Assembly: GCA_964057225.1 (NCBI GenBank)
Contig: OZ059900.1
Location: 24,428,001-24,492,000 of the forward strand
Reading direction: 5' to 3'
Length of the DNA stretch: 64,000 nucleotides
Origin: Auanema rhodensis
Taxonomy: Eukaryota; Animalia; Nematoda
Shown: positions 11,971-27,800 of the stretch, in pieces
Layout of the letters: every line of letters begins with the position of its first letter
Numbering within the stretch: position 1 is the first letter of the stretch
Notes under the pieces: model-generated
What the model was told of the DNA's origin: nothing
Databases searched by the model: none
The model's input: the letters and a program-made list of their open reading frames with translations, nothing else
Made by a program: the position numbers and the translations under genes

Positions 11971-14900
11971 TGGAACTAGACGTTGTAGGAACAATTTTGA
12001 GCTAGGTTTCATTGACATTGCATGAGTTTGAACACATGAAATCGTAAGTCAAAACCTTGTTTACAGCGAAATTTCCAAAAACTGGTTTTCCAGCATAATA
12101 AAATATTTCTCATGGGAAATACTGTGTTTTTGTATTTTTCTAGTGTTCAGCATGTGAAATGCTTCATTTTAGTATGTAACACGCTGAAATTCGTTGCATT
12201 TGACGACTCATATGAACAAAAATCGATTTAATCAATATTAGCCATAAGGGGCGTGCCCTCAGAATATGCTAATTTCCTTAATTTTCTAACCCCTGTTTTT
12301 TTGTCGTGAAAGTGGAACTAGACGTTGTACAAACAATTTTGAGCTAGGTTTCATTGACATTGCATGAGTTTGAACACATGAAATCGTAAGTCAAAACCTT
12401 GTTTACAGCGAAATTTCCAAAAACTGGTTTTCCAGCATAATAAAATATTTCTCATGGGAAATACTGTGTTTTTGTATTTTTCTAGTGTTCAGCATGTAAA
12501 ATGCTTCATTTTAGTATGTAACACGCTGAAATTCGTTGCATTTGACTACTCATATGAACAAAAAGCGATTTAATCAATATTAGCCATAAGGGGCGTGCCC
12601 TCAGAATATGCTAATTTCCTTAATTTTCTAACCCCTGTTTTTTTGTCGTGAAAGTGGAACTAGACGTTGTAGGAACAATTTTGAGCTAGGTTTCATTGAC
12701 ATTGCATGAGTTTGAACACATGAAATCGTAAGTCAAAACCTTGTTTACAGCGAAATTTCCAAAAACTGGTTTTCCAGCATAATAAAATATTTCTCATGGG
12801 AAATACTGTGTTTTTGTATTTTTCTAGTGTTCAGCATGTGAAATGCTTCATTTTAGTATGTAACACGCTGAAATTCGTTGCATTTGACGACTCATATGAA
12901 CAAAAATCGATTTAATCAATATTAGCCATAAGGGGCGTGCCCTCAGAATATGCTAATTTCCTTAATTTTCTAACCCCGGTTTTTTTGTCGTGAAAGTGGA
13001 ATTAGACGTTGTAGGAACAATTTTGAGCTAGGTTTCATTGACATTGCATGAGTTTGAACACATGAAATCGTAAGTCAAAACCTTGTTTACAGCGAAATTT
13101 CCAAAAACTGGTTTTCCAGCATAATAAAATATTTCTCATGGGAAATACTGTGTTTTTGTATTTTTCTAGTGTTCAGCATGTAAAATGCTTCATTTTAGTA
13201 TGTAACACGCTGAAATTCGTTGCATTTGACGACTCATATGAACAAAAATCGATTTAATCAATATTAGCCATAAGGGGCGTGCCCTCAGAATATGCTAATT
13301 TCCTTAATTTTCTAACCCCTGTTTTTTTGTCGTGAAAGTGGAACTAGACGTTGTAGGAACAATTTTGAGCTAGGTTTCATTGACATTGCATGAGTTTGAA
13401 CACATGAAATCGTAAGTCAAAACCTTGTTTACAGCGAAATTTCCAAAAACTGGTTTTCCAGCATAATAAAATATTTCTCATGGGAAATACTGTGTTTTTG
13501 TATTTTTCTAGTGTTCAGCATGTAAAATGCTTCATTTTAGTATGTAACACGCTGAAATTCGTTGCATTTGACGACTCATATGAACAAAAATCGATTTAAT
13601 CAATATTAGCCATAAGGGGCGTGCCCTCAGAATATGCTAATTTCCTTAATTTTCTAACCCCTGTTTTTTTGTCGTGAAAGTGGAATTAGACGTTGTAGGA
13701 ACAATTTTGAGCTAGGTTTCATTGACATTGCATGAGTTTGAACGCATGAAATCGTAAGTCAAAACCTTGTTTACAGCGAAATTTCCAAAAACTGGTTTTC
13801 CAGCATAATAAAATATTTCTCATGGGAAATACTGTGTTTTTGTATTTTTATAGTGTTCAGCATGTAAAATGCTTCATTTTAGTATGTAACACGCTGAAAT
13901 TCGTTGCATTTGACGACTCATATGAACAAAAATCGATTTAATCAATATTAGCCATAAGGGGCGTGCCCTCAGAATATGCTAATTTCCTTAATTTTCTAAC
14001 CCCGGTTTTTTTGTCGTGAAAGTGGAATTAGACGTTGTAGGAACAATTTTGATCTAGGTTTCATTGACATTGCATGAGTTTGAACACATGAAATCGTAAG
14101 TCAAAACCTTGTTTACAGCGAAATTTCCAAAAACTGGTTTTCCAGCATAATAAAATATTTCTCATGGGAAATACTGTGTTTTTGTATTTTTCTAGTGTTC
14201 AGCATGTAAAATGTTTCATTTTAGTATGTAACACGCTGAAATTCGTTGCATTTGACTACTCATATGAACAAAAATCGATTTAATCAATATTAGCCATAAG
14301 GGGCGTGCCCTCAGAATATGCTAATTTCCTTAATTTTCTAACCCCTGTTTTTTTGTCGTGAAAGTGGAACTAGACGTTGTAGGAACAATTTTGAGCTAGG
14401 TTTCATTGACATTGCATGAGTTTGAACACATGAAATCGTAAGTCAAAACCTTGTTTACAGCGAAATTTCCAAAAACTGGTTTTCCAGCATAATAAAATAT
14501 TTCTCATGAGAAATACTGTGTTTTTGTATTTTTCTAGTGTTCAGCATGTAAAATGCTTCATTTTAGTATGTAACACGATGAAATTCGTTGCATTTGACGA
14601 CTCATATGAACAAAAATCGATTTAATCAATATTAGCCATAAGGGGCGTGCCCTCAGAATATGCTAATTTCATTAATTTTCTAACCCCTGTTTTTTTGTCG
14701 TGAAAGTGGAACTAGACGTTGTAGGAACAATTTTGAGCTAGGTTTCATTGACATTGCATGAGTTTGAACACATGAAATCGTAAGTCAAAACCTTGTTTAC
14801 AGCGAAATTTCCAAAAACTGGTTTTCCAGCATAATAAAATATTTCTCATGGGAAATACTGTGTTTTTGTATTTTTCTAGTGTTCAGCATGTAAAATGCTT

Positions 14901-17900
14901 CATTTTAGTATGTAACACGCTGAAATTCGTTGCATTTGACGACTCATATGAACAAAAATCGATTTAATCAATATTAGCCATAAGGGGCGTGCCCTCAGAA
15001 TATGCTAATTTCCTTAATTTTCTAACCCCTGTTTTTTTGTCGTGAAAGTGGAACTAGACGTTGTAGGAACAATTTTGAGCTAGGTTTCATTGACATTGCA
15101 TGAGTTTGAACACATGAAATCGTAAGTCAAAACCTTGTTTACAGCGAAATTTCCAAAAACTGGTTTTCCAGCATAATAAAATATTTCTCATGGAAATACT
15201 GTGTTTTTGTATTTTTCTAGTGTTCAGCATGTGAAATGCTTCATTTTAGTATGTAACACGCTGAAATTCGTTGCATTTGACGACTCATATGAACAAAAAT
15301 CGATTTAATCAATATTAGCCATAAGGGGCGTGCCCTCAGAATATGCTAATTTCCTTAATTTTCTAACCCCGGTTTTTTTGTCGTGAAAGTGGAATTAGAC
15401 GTTGTAGGAACAATTTTGAGCTAGGTTTCATTGACATTGCATGAGTTTGAACACATGAAATCGTAAGTCAAAACCTTGTTTACAGCGAAATTTCCAAAAA
15501 CTGGTTTTCCAGCATAATAAAATATTTCTCATGGGAAATACTGTGTTTTTGTATTTTTCTAGTGTTCAGCATGTAAAATGCTTCATTTTAGTATGTAACA
15601 CGCTGAAATTCGTTGCATTTGACTACTCATATGAACAAAAATCGATTTAATCAATATTAGCCATAAGGGGCGTGCCCTCAGAATATGCTAATTTCCTTAA
15701 TTTTCTAACCCCTGTTTTTTTGTCGTGAAAGTGGAACTAGACGTTGTACAAACAATTTTGAGCTAGGTTTCATTGACATTGCATGAGTTTGAACACATGA
15801 AATCGTAAGTCAAAACCTTGTTTACAGCGAAATTTCCAAAAACTGGTTTTCCAGCATAATAAAATATTTCTCATGAGAAATACTGTGTTTTTGTATTTTT
15901 CTAGTGTTCAGCATGTAAAATGCTTTATTTTAGTATGTAACACGCTGAAATTCGTTGCATTTGACGACTCATATGAACAAAAATCGATTTAATCAATATT
16001 AGCCATAAGGGGCGTGCCCTCAGAATATGCTAATTTCCTTAATTTTCTAACCCCTGTTTTTTTGTCGTGAAAGTGGAACTAGACGTTGTAGGAACAATTT
16101 TGAGCTAGGTTTCATTGACATTGCATGAGTTTGAACACATGAAATCGTAAGTCAAAACCTTGTTTACAGCGAAATTTCCAAAAACTGGTTTTCCAGCATA
16201 ATAAAATATTTCTCATGGGAAATACTGTGTTTTTGTATTTTTCTAGTGTTCAGCATGTGAAATGCTTCATTTTAGTATGTAACACGCTGAAATTCGTTGC
16301 ATTTGACGACTCATATGAACAAAAATCGATTTAACCAATATTAGCCAGAAGGGGCGTGCCCTCAGAATATGCTAATTTCCTTAATTTTCTAACCCCGGTT
16401 TTTTTGTCGTGAAAGTGGAATTAGACGTTGTAGGAACAATTTTGAGCTAGGTTTCATTGACATTGCATGAGTTTGAACACATGAAATCGTAAGTCAAAAC
16501 CTTGTTTACAGCGAAATTTCCAAAAACTGGTTTTCCAGCATAATAAAATATTTCTCATGGGAAATACTGTGTTTTTGTATTTTTCTAGTGTTCAGCATGT
16601 AGAATGCTTCATTTTAGTATGTAACACGCTGAAATTCGTTGCATTTGACGACTCATATGAACAAAAATCGATTTAATCAATATTAGCCATAAGGGGCGTG
16701 CCCTCAGAATATGCTAATTTCCTTAATTTTCTAACCCCTGTTTTTTTGTCGTGAAAGTGGAACTAGACGTTGTAGGAACAATTTTGAGCTAGGTTTCATT
16801 GACATTGCATGAGTTTGAACACATGAAATCGTAAGTCAAAACCTTGTTTACAGCGAAATTTCCAAAAACTGGTTTTCCAGCATAATAAAATATTTCTCAT
16901 GGGAAATACTGTGTTTTTGTATTTTTCTAGTGTTCAGCATGTAAAATGCTTCATTTTAGTATGTAACACGCTGAAATTCGTTGCATTTGACGACTCATAT
17001 GAACAAAAATCGATTTAATCAATATTAGCCATAAGGGGCGTGCCCTCAGAATATGCTAATTTCCTTAATTTTCTAACCCCTGTTTTTTTGTCGTGAAAGT
17101 GGAATTAGACGTTGTAGGAACAATTTTGAGCTAGGTTTCATTGACATTGCATGAGTTTGAACGCATGAAATCGTAAGTCAAAACCTTGTTTACAGCGAAA
17201 TTTCCAAAAACTGGTTTTCCAGCATAATAAAATATTTCTCATGGGAAATACTGTGTTTTTGTATTTTTATAGTGTTCAGCATGTAAAATGCTTCATTTTA
17301 GTATGTAACACGCTGAAATTCGTTGCATTTGACGACTCATATGAACAAAAATCGATTTAATCAATATTAGCCATAAGGGGCGTGCCCTCAGAATATGCTA
17401 ATTTCCTTAATTTTCTAACCCCTGTTTTTTTGTCGTGAAAGTGGAACTAGACGTTGTAGGAACAATTTTGAGCTAGGTTTCATTGACATTGCATGAGTTT
17501 GAACACATGAAATCGTAAGTCAAAACCTTGTTTACAGCGAAATTTCCAAAAACTGGTTTTCCAGCATAATAAAATATTTCTCATGGGAAATACTGTGTTT
17601 TTGTATTTTTCTAGTGTTCAGCATGTAAAATGCTTCATTTTAGTATGTAACACGCTGAAATTCGTTGCATTTGACGACTCATATGAACAAAAATCGATTT
17701 AATCAATATTAGCCATAAGGGGCGTGCCCTCAGAATATGCTAATTTCCTTAATTTTCTAACCCCTGTTTTTTTGTCGTGAAAGTGGAATTAGACGTTGTA
17801 GGAACAATTTTGAGCTAGGTTTCATTGACATTGCATGAGTTTGAACGCATGAAATCGTAAGTCAAAACCTTGTTTACAGCGAAATTTCCAAAAACTGGTT

Positions 17901-20900
17901 TTCCAGCATAATAAAATATTTCTCATGGGAAATACTGTGTTTTTGTATTTTTATAGTGTTCAGCATGTAAAATGCTTCATTTTAGTATGTAACACGCTGA
18001 AATTCGTTGCATTTGACGACTCATATGAACAAAAATCGATTTAATCAATATTAGCCATAAGGGGCGTGCCCTCAGAATATGCTAATTTCCTTAATTTTCT
18101 AACCCCGGTTTTTTTGTCGTGAAAGTGGAATTAGACGTTGTAGGAACAATCTTGAGCTAGGTTTCATTGACATTGCATGAGTTTGAACACATGAAATCGT
18201 AAGTCAAAACCTTGTTTACAGCGAAATTTCCAAAAACTGGTTTTCCAGCATAATAAAATATTTCTCATGGGAAATACTGTGTTTTTGTATTTTTCTAGTG
18301 TTCAGCATGTAAAATGCTTCATTTTAGTATGTAACACGCTGAAATTCGTTGCATTTGACGACTCATATGAACAAAATACGATTTAATCAATATTAGCCAT
18401 AAGGGGCGTGCCCTCAGAATATGCTAATTTCCTTAATTTTCTAACCCCTGTTTTTTTGTCGTGAAAGTGGAACTAGACGTTGTACAAACAATTTTGAGCT
18501 AGGTTTCATTGACATTGCATGAGTTTGAACACATGAAATCGTAAGTCAAAACCTTGTTTACAGCGAAATTTCCAAAAACTGGTTTTCCAGCATAATAAAA
18601 TATTTCTCATGAGAAATACTGTGTTTTTGTATTTTTCTAGTGTTCAGCATGTAAAATGCTTCATTTTAGTATGTAACACGCTGAAATTCGTTGCATTTGA
18701 CGACTCATATGAACAAAAATCGATTTAATCAATATTAGCCATAAGGGGCGTGCCCTCAGAATATGCTAATTTCCTTAATTTTCTAACCCCTGTTTTTTTG
18801 TCGTGAAAGTGGAACTAGACGTTGTAGGAACAATTTTGAGCTAGGTTTCATTGACATTGCATGAGTTTGAACACATGAAATCGTAAGTCAAAACCTTGTT
18901 TACAGCGAAATTTCCAAAAACTGGTTTTCCAGCATAATAAAATATTTCTCATGGGAAATACTGTGTTTTTGTATTTTTCTAGTGTTCAGCATGTGAAATG
19001 CTTCATTTTAGTATGTAACACGCTGAAATTCGTTGCATTTGACGACTCATATGAACAAAAATCGATTTAATCAATATTAGCCATAAGGGGCGTGCCCTCA
19101 GAATATGCTAATTTCCTTAATTTTCTAACCCCGGTTTTTTTGTCGTGAAAGTGGATTTAGACGTTGTAGGAACAATTTTGAGCTAGGTTTCATTGACATT
19201 GCATGAGTTTGAACACATGAAATCGTAAGTCAAAACCTTGTTTACAGCGAAATTTCCAAAAACTGGTTTTCCAGCATAATAAAATATTTCTCATGGGAAA
19301 TACTGTGTTTTTGTATTTTTCTAGTGTTCAGCATGTAGAATGCTTCATTTTAGTATGTAACACGCTGAAATTCGTTGCATTTGACGACTCATATGAACAA
19401 AAATCGATTTAATCAATATTAGCCATAAGGGGCGTGCCCTCAGAATATGCTAATTTCCTTAATTTTCTAACCCCTGTTTTTTTGTCGTGAAAGTGGAACT
19501 AGACGTTGTAGGAACAATTTTGAGCTAGGTTTCATTGACATTGCATGAGTTTGAACACATGAAATCGTAAGTCAAAACCTTGTTTACAGCGAAATTTCCA
19601 AAAACTGGTTTTCCAGCATAATAAAATATTTCTCATGGGAAATACTGTGTTTTTGTATTTTTCTAGTGTTCAGCATGTAAAATGCTTCATTTTAGTATGT
19701 AACACGCTGAAATTCGTTGCATTTGACGACTCATATGAACAAAAATCGATTTAATCAATATTAGCCATAAGGGGCGTGCCCTCAGAATATGCTAATTTCC
19801 TTAATTTTCTAACCCCTGTTTTTTTGTCGTGAAAGTGGAATTAGACGTTGTAGGAACAATTTTGAGCTAGGTTTCATTGACATTGCATGAGTTTGAACGC
19901 ATGAAATCGTAAGTCAAAACCTTGTTTACAGCGAAATTTCCAAAAACTGGTTTTCCAGCATAATAAAATATTTCTCATGGGAAATACTGTGTTTTTGTAT
20001 TTTTATAGTGTTCAGCATGTAAAATGCTTCATTTTAGTATGTAACACGCTGAAATTCGTTGCATTTGACGACTCATATGAACAAAAATCGATTTAATCAA
20101 TATTAGCCATAAGGGGCGTGCCCTCAGAATATGCTAATTTCCTTAATTTTCTAACCCCGGTTTTTTTGTCGTGAAAGTGGAATTAGACGTTGTAGGAACA
20201 ATTTTGAGCTAGGTTTCATTGACATTGCATGAGTTTGAACACATGAAATCGTAAGTCAAAACCTTGTTTACAGCGAAATTTCCAAAAACTGGTTTTCCAG
20301 CATAATAAAATATTTCTCATGGGAAATACTGTGTTTTTGTATTTTTCTAGTGTTCAGCATGTAAAATGCTTCATTTTAGTATGTAACACGCTGAAATTCG
20401 TTGCATTTGACGACTCATATGAACAAAATACGATTTAATCAATATTAGCCATAAGGGGCGTGCCCTCAGAATATGCTAATTTCCTTAATTTTCTAACCCC
20501 TGTTTTTTTGTCGTGAAAGTGGAACTAGACGTTGTACAAACAATTTTGAGCTAGGTTTCATTGACATTGCATGAGTTTGAACACATGAAATCGTAAGTCA
20601 AAACCTTGTTTACAGCGAAATTTCCAAAAACTGGTTTTCCAGCATAATAAAATATTTCTCATGAGAAATACTGTGTTTTTGTATTTTTCTAGTGTTCAGC
20701 ATGTAAAATGCTTCATTTTAGTATGTAACACGCTGAAATTCGTTGCATTTGACGACTCATATGAACAAAAATCGATTTAATCAATATTAGCCATAAGGGG
20801 CGTGCCCTCAGAATATGCTAATTTCCTTAATTTTCTAACCCCTGTTTTTTTGTCGTGAAAGTGGAATTAGACGTTGTAGGAACAATTTTGAGCTAGGTTT

Positions 20901-21887
20901 CATTGACATTGCATGAGTTTGAACACATGAAATCGTAAGTCAAAACCTTGTTTACAGCGAAATTTCCAAAAACTGGTTTTCCAGCATAATAAAATATTTC
21001 TCATGAGAAATACTGTGTTTTTGTATTTTTCTAGTGTTCAGCATGTAAAATGCTTCATTTTAGTATGTAACACGATGAAATTCGTTGCATTTGACGACTC
21101 ATATGAACAAAAATCGATTTAATCAATATTAGCCATAAGGGGCGTGCCCTCAGAATATGCTAATTTCCTTAATTTTCTAACCCCTGTTTTTTTGTCGTGA
21201 AAGTGGAACTAGACGTTGTACAAACAATTTTGAGCTAGGTTTCATTGACATTGCATGAGTTTGAACACATGAAATCGTAAGTCAAAACCTTGTTTACAGC
21301 GAAATTTCCAAAAACTGGTTTTCCAGCATAATAAAATATTTCTCATGAGAAATACTGTGTTTTTGTATTTTTCTAGTGTTCAGCATGTAAAATGCTTCAT
21401 TTTAGTATGTAACACGATGAAATTCGTTGCATTTGACGACTCATATGAACAAAAATCGATTTAATCAATATTAGCCATAAGGGGCGTGCCCTCAGAATAT
21501 GCTAATTTCATTAATTTTCTAACCCCTGTTTTTTTGTCGTGAAAGTGGAACTAGACGTTGTAGGAACAATTTTGAGCTAGGTTTCATTGACATTGCATGA
21601 GTTTGAACACATGAAATCGTAAGTCAAAACCTTGTTTACAGCGAAATTTCCAAAAACTGGTTTTCCAGCATAATAAAATATTTCTCATGGGAAATACTGT
21701 GTTTTTGTATTTTTCTAGTGTTCAGCATGTAAAATGCTTCATTTTAGTATGTAACACGCTGAAATTCGTTGCATTTGACGACTCATATGAACAAAAATCG
21801 ATTTAATCAATATTAGCCATAAGGGGCGTGCCCTCAGAATATGCTAATTTCCTTAATTTTCTAACCCCTGTTTTTTTGTCGTGAAAG

Positions 21888-24800
21888 TGGAACTAGACGT
21901 TGTACAAACAATTTTGAGCTAGGTTTCATTGACATTGCATGAGTTTGAACACATGAAATCGTAAGTCAAAACCTTGTTTACAGCGAAATTTCCAAAAACT
22001 GGTTTTCCAGCATAATAAAATATTTCTCATGAGAAATACTGTGTTTTTGTATTTTTCTAGTGTTCAGCATGTAAAATGCTTCATTTTAGTATGTAACACG
22101 CTGAAATTCGTTGCATTTGACGACTCATATGAACAAAAATCGATTTAATCAATATTAGCCATAAGGGGCGTGCCCTCAGAATATGCTAATTTCCTTAATT
22201 TTCTAACCCCTGTTTTTTTGTCGTGAAAGTGGAACTAGACGTTGTAGGAACAATTCTGAGCTAGGTTTCATTGACATTGCATGAGTTTGAACACATGAAA
22301 TCGTAAGTCAAAACCTTGTTTACAGCGAAATTTCCATAAACTGGTTTTCCAGCATAATAAAATATTTCTCATGGGAAATACTGTGTTTTTGTATTTTTCT
22401 AGTGTTCAGCATGTGAAATGCTTCATTTTAGTATGTAACACGCTGAAATTCGTTGCATTTGACGACTCATATGAACAAAAATCGATTTAATCAATATTAG
22501 CCATAAGGGGCGTGCCCTCAGAATATGCTAATTTCCTTAATTTTCTAACCCCTGTTTTTTTGTCGTGAAAGTGGAACTAGACGTTGTACGAACAATTTTG
22601 AGCTAGGTTTCATTGACATTGCATGAGTTTGAACACATGAAATCGTAAGTCAAAACCTTGTTTACAGCGAAATTTCCAAAAACTGGTTTTCCAGCATAAT
22701 AAAATATTTCTCATGAGAAATACTGTGTTTTTGTATTTTTCTAGTGTTCAGCATGTGAAATGCTTCATTTTAGTATGTAACACGCTGAAATTCGTTGCAT
22801 TTGACGACTCATATGAACAAAAATCGATTTAATCAATATTAGCCATAAGGGGCGTGCCCTCAGAATATGCTAATTTCCTTAATTTTCTAACCCCTGTTTT
22901 TTTGTCGTGAAAGTGGAACTAGACGTTGTAGGAACAATTTTGAGCTAGGTTTCATTGACATTGCATGAGTTTGAACACATGAAATCGTAAGTCAAAACCT
23001 TGTTTACAGCGAAAATTCCAAAAACTGGTTTTCCAGCATAATAAAATATTTCTCATGGGAAATACTGTGTTTTTGTATTTTTCTAGTGTTCAGCATGTAA
23101 AATGCTTCATTTTAGTATGTAACACGCTGAAATTCGTTGCATTTGAAGACTCATATGAACAAAAATCGATTTAATCAATATTAGCCATAAGGGGCGTGCC
23201 CTCAGAATATGCTAATTTCCTTAATTTTCTAACCCCTGTTTTTTGTCGTGAAAGTGGAACTAGACGTTGTAGGAACAATTTTGAGCTAGGTTTCATTGAC
23301 ATTGCATGAGTTTGAACACATGAAATCGTAAGTCAAAACCTTGTTTACAGCGAAATTTCCAAAAACTGGTTTTCCAGCATAATAAAATATTTCTCATGGG
23401 AAATACTGTGTTTTTGTATTTTTCTAGTGTTCAGCATGTAAAATACTTCATTTTAGTATGTAACACGCTGAAATTCGTTGCATTTGACGACTCATATGAA
23501 CAAAAATCGATTTAATCAATATTAGCCATAAGGGGCGTGCCCTCAGAATATGCTAATTTCCTAAATTTTCTAACCCCTGTTTTTTTGTCGTGAAAGTGGA
23601 ACTAGACGTTGTAGGAACAATTTTGAGCTAGGTTTCATTGACATTGCATGAGTTTGAACACATGAAATCGTAAGTCAAAACCTTGTTTACAGCGAAATTT
23701 CCAAAAACTGGTTTTCCAGCATAATAAAATATTTCTCATGGGAAATACTGTGTTTTTGTATTTTTCTAGTGTTCAGCATGTGAAATGCTTCATTTTAGTA
23801 TGTAACACGCTGAAATTCGTTGCATTTGACGACTCATATGAACAAAAATCGATTTAATCAATATTAGCCATAAGGGGCGTGCCCTCAGAATATGCTAATT
23901 TCCTTAATTTTCTAACCCCTGTTTTTTTGTCGTGAAAGTGGAACTAGACGTTGTACGAACAATTTTGAGCTAGGTTTCATTGACATTGCATGAGTTTGAA
24001 CACATGAAATCGTAAGTCAAAACCTTGTTTACAGCGAAATTTCCAAAAACTGGTTTTCCAGCATAATAAAATATTTCTCATGAGAAATACTGTGTTTTTG
24101 TATTTTTCTAGTGTTCAGCATGTGAAATGCTTCATTTTAGTATGTAACACGCTGAAATTCGTTGCATTTGACGACTCATATGAACAAAAATCGATTTAAT
24201 CAATATTAGCCATAAGGGGCGTGCCCTCAGAATATGCTAATTTCCTTAATTTTCTAACCCCTGTTTTTTTGTCGTGAAAGTGGAACTAGACGTTGTAGGA
24301 ACAATTTTGAGCTAGGTTTCATTGACATTGCATGAGTTTGAACACATGAAATCGTAAGTCAAAACCTTGTTTACAGCGAAAATTCCAAAAACTGGTTTTC
24401 CAGCATAATAAAATATTTCTCATGGGAAATACTGTGTTTTTGTATTTTTCTAGTGTTCAGCATGTAAAATGCTTCATTTTAGTATGTAACACGCTGAAAT
24501 TCGTTGCATTTGAAGACTCATATGAACAAAAATCGATTTAATCAATATTAGCCATAAGGGGCGTGCCCTCAGAATATGCTAATTTCCTTAATTTTCTAAC
24601 CCCTGTTTTTTGTCGTGAAAGTGGAACTAGACGTTGTAGGAACAATTTTGAGCTAGGTTTCATTGACATTGCATGAGTTTGAACACATGAAATCGTAAGT
24701 CAAAACCTTGTTTACAGCGAAATTTCCAAAAACTGGTTTTCCAGCATAATAAAATATTTCTCATGGGAAATACTGTGTTTTTGTATTTTTCTAGTGTTCA

Positions 24801-27800
24801 GCATGTAAAATACTTCATTTTAGTATGTAACACGCTGAAATTCGTTGCATTTGACGACTCATATGAACAAAAATCGATTTAATCAATATTAGCCATAAGG
24901 GGCGTGCCCTCAGAATATGCTAATTTCCTAAATTTTCTAACCCCTGTTTTTTTGTCGTGAAAGTGGAACTAGACGTTGTAGGAACAATTTTGAGCTAGGT
25001 TTCATTGACATTGCATGAGTTTGAACACATGAAATCGTAAGTCAAAACCTTGTTTACAGCGAAATTTCCAAAAACTGGTTTTCCAGCATAATAAAATATT
25101 TCTCATGGGAAATACTGTGTTTTTGTATTTTTCTAGTGTTCAGCATGTGAAATGCTTCATTTTAGTATGTAACACGCTGAAATTCGTTGCATTTGACGAC
25201 TCATATGAACAAAAATCGATTTAATCAATATTAGCCATAAGGGGCGTGCCCTCAGAATATGCTAATTTCCTTAATTTTCTAACCCCGGTTTTTTTGTCGT
25301 GAAAGTGGAATTAGACGTTGTAGGAACAATTTTGAGCTAGGTTTCATTGACATTGCATGAGTTTGAACACATGAAATCGTAAGTCAAAACCTTGTTTACA
25401 GCGAAATTTCCAAAAACTGGTTTTCCAGCATAATAAAATATTTCTCATGGGAAATACTGTGTTTTTGTATTTTTCTAGTGTTCAGCATGTAGAATGCTTC
25501 ATTTTAGTATGTAACACGCTGAAATTCGTTGCATTTGACGACTCATATGAACAAAAATCGATTTAATCAATATTAGCCATAAAGGGCGTGCCCTCAGAAT
25601 ATGCTAATTTCCTTAATTTTCTAACCCCTGTTTTTTTGTCGTGAAAGTGGAACTAGACGTTGTAGGAACAATTTTGAGCTAGGTTTCATTGACATTGCAT
25701 GAGTTTGAACACATGAAATCGTAAGTCAAAACCTTGTTTACAGCGAAATTTCCAAAAACTGGTTTTCCAGCATAATAAAATATTTCTCATGGGAAATACT
25801 GTGTTTTTGTATTTTTCTAGTGTTCAGCATGTAAAATGCTTCATTTTAGTATGTAACACGCTGGAATTCGTTGCATTTGACGACTCATATGAACAAAAAT
25901 CGATTTAATCAATATTAGCCATAAGGGGCGTGCCCTCAGAATATGCTAATTTCCTTAATTTTCTAACCCCTGTTTTTTTGTCGTGAAAGTGGAATTAGAC
26001 GTTGTAGGAACAATTTTGAGCTAGGTTTCATTGACATTGCATGAGTTTGAACGCATGAAATCGTAAGTCAAAACCTTGTTTACAGCGAAATTTCCAAAAA
26101 CTGGTTTTCCAGCATAATAAAATATTTCTCATGGGAAATACTGTGTTTTTGTATTTTTATAGTGTTCAGCATGTAAAATGCTTCATTTTAGTATGTAACA
26201 CGCTGAAATTCGTTGCATTTGACGACTCATATGAACAAAAATCGATTTAATCAATATTAGCCATAAGGGGCGTGCCCTCAGAATATGCTAATTTCCTTAA
26301 TTTTCTAACCCCGGTTTTTTTGTCGTGAAAGTGGAATTAGACGTTGTAGGAACAATTTTGAGCTAGGTTTCATTGACATTGCATGAGTTTGAACACATGA
26401 AATCGTAAGTCAAAACCTTGTTTACAGCGAAATTTCCAAAAACTGGTTTTCCAGCATAATAAAATATTTCTCATGGGAAATACTGTGTTTTTGTATTTTT
26501 CTAGTGTTCAGCATGTAAAATGCTTCATTTTAGTATGTAACACGCTGAAATTCGTTGCATTTGACGACTCATATGAACAAAATACGATTTAATCAATATT
26601 AGCCATAAGGGGCGTGCCCTCAGAATATGCTAATTTCCTTAATTTTCTAACCCCTGTTTTTTTGTCGTGAAAGTGGAACTAGACGTTGTACAAACAATTT
26701 TGAGCTAGGTTTCATTGACATTGCATGAGTTTGAACACATGAAATCGTAAGTCAAAACCTTGTTTACAGCGAAATTTCCAAAAACTGGTTTTCCAGCATA
26801 ATAAAATATTTCTCATGAGAAATACTGTGTTTTTGTATTTTTCTAGTGTTCAGCATGTAAAATGCTTCATTTTAGTATGTAACACGCTGAAATTCGTTGC
26901 ATTTGACGACTCATATGAACAAAAATCGATTTAATCAATATTAGCCATAAGGGGCGTGCCCTCAGAATATGCTAATTTCCTTAATTTTCTAACCCCTGTT
27001 TTTTTGTCGTGAAAGTGGAATTAGACGTTGTAGGAACAATTTTGAGCTAGGTTTCATTGACATTGCATGAGTTTGAACACATGAAATCGTAAGTCAAAAC
27101 CTTGTTTACAGCGAAATTTCCAAAAACTGGTTTTCCAGCATAATAAAATATTTCTCATGAGAAATACTGTGTTTTTGTATTTTTCTAGTGTTCAGCATGT
27201 AAAATGCTTCATTTTAGTATGTAACACGATGAAATTCGTTGCATTTGACGACTCATATGAACAAAAATCGATTTAATCAATATTAGCCATAAGGGGCGTG
27301 CCCTCAGAATATGCTAATTTCCTTAATTTTCTAACCCCTGTTTTTTTGTCGTGAAAGTGGAACTAGACGTTGTACAAACAATTTTGAGCTAGGTTTCATT
27401 GACATTGCATGAGTTTGAACACATGAAATCGTAAGTCAAAACCTTGTTTACAGCGAAATTTCCAAAAACTGGTTTTCCAGCATAATAAAATATTTCTCAT
27501 GAGAAATACTGTGTTTTTGTATTTTTCTAGTGTTCAGCATGTAAAATGCTTCATTTTAGTATGTAACACGCTGAAATTCGTTGCATTTGACGACTCATAT
27601 GAACAAAATACGATTTAATCAATATTAGCCATAAGGGGCGTGCCCTCAGAATATGCTAATTTCCTTAATTTTCTAACCCCTGTTTTTTTGTCGTGAAAGT
27701 GGAACTAGACGTTGTACAAACAATTTTGAGCTAGGTTTCATTGACATTGCATGAGTTTGAACACATGAAATCGTAAGTCAAAACCTTGTTTACAGCGAAA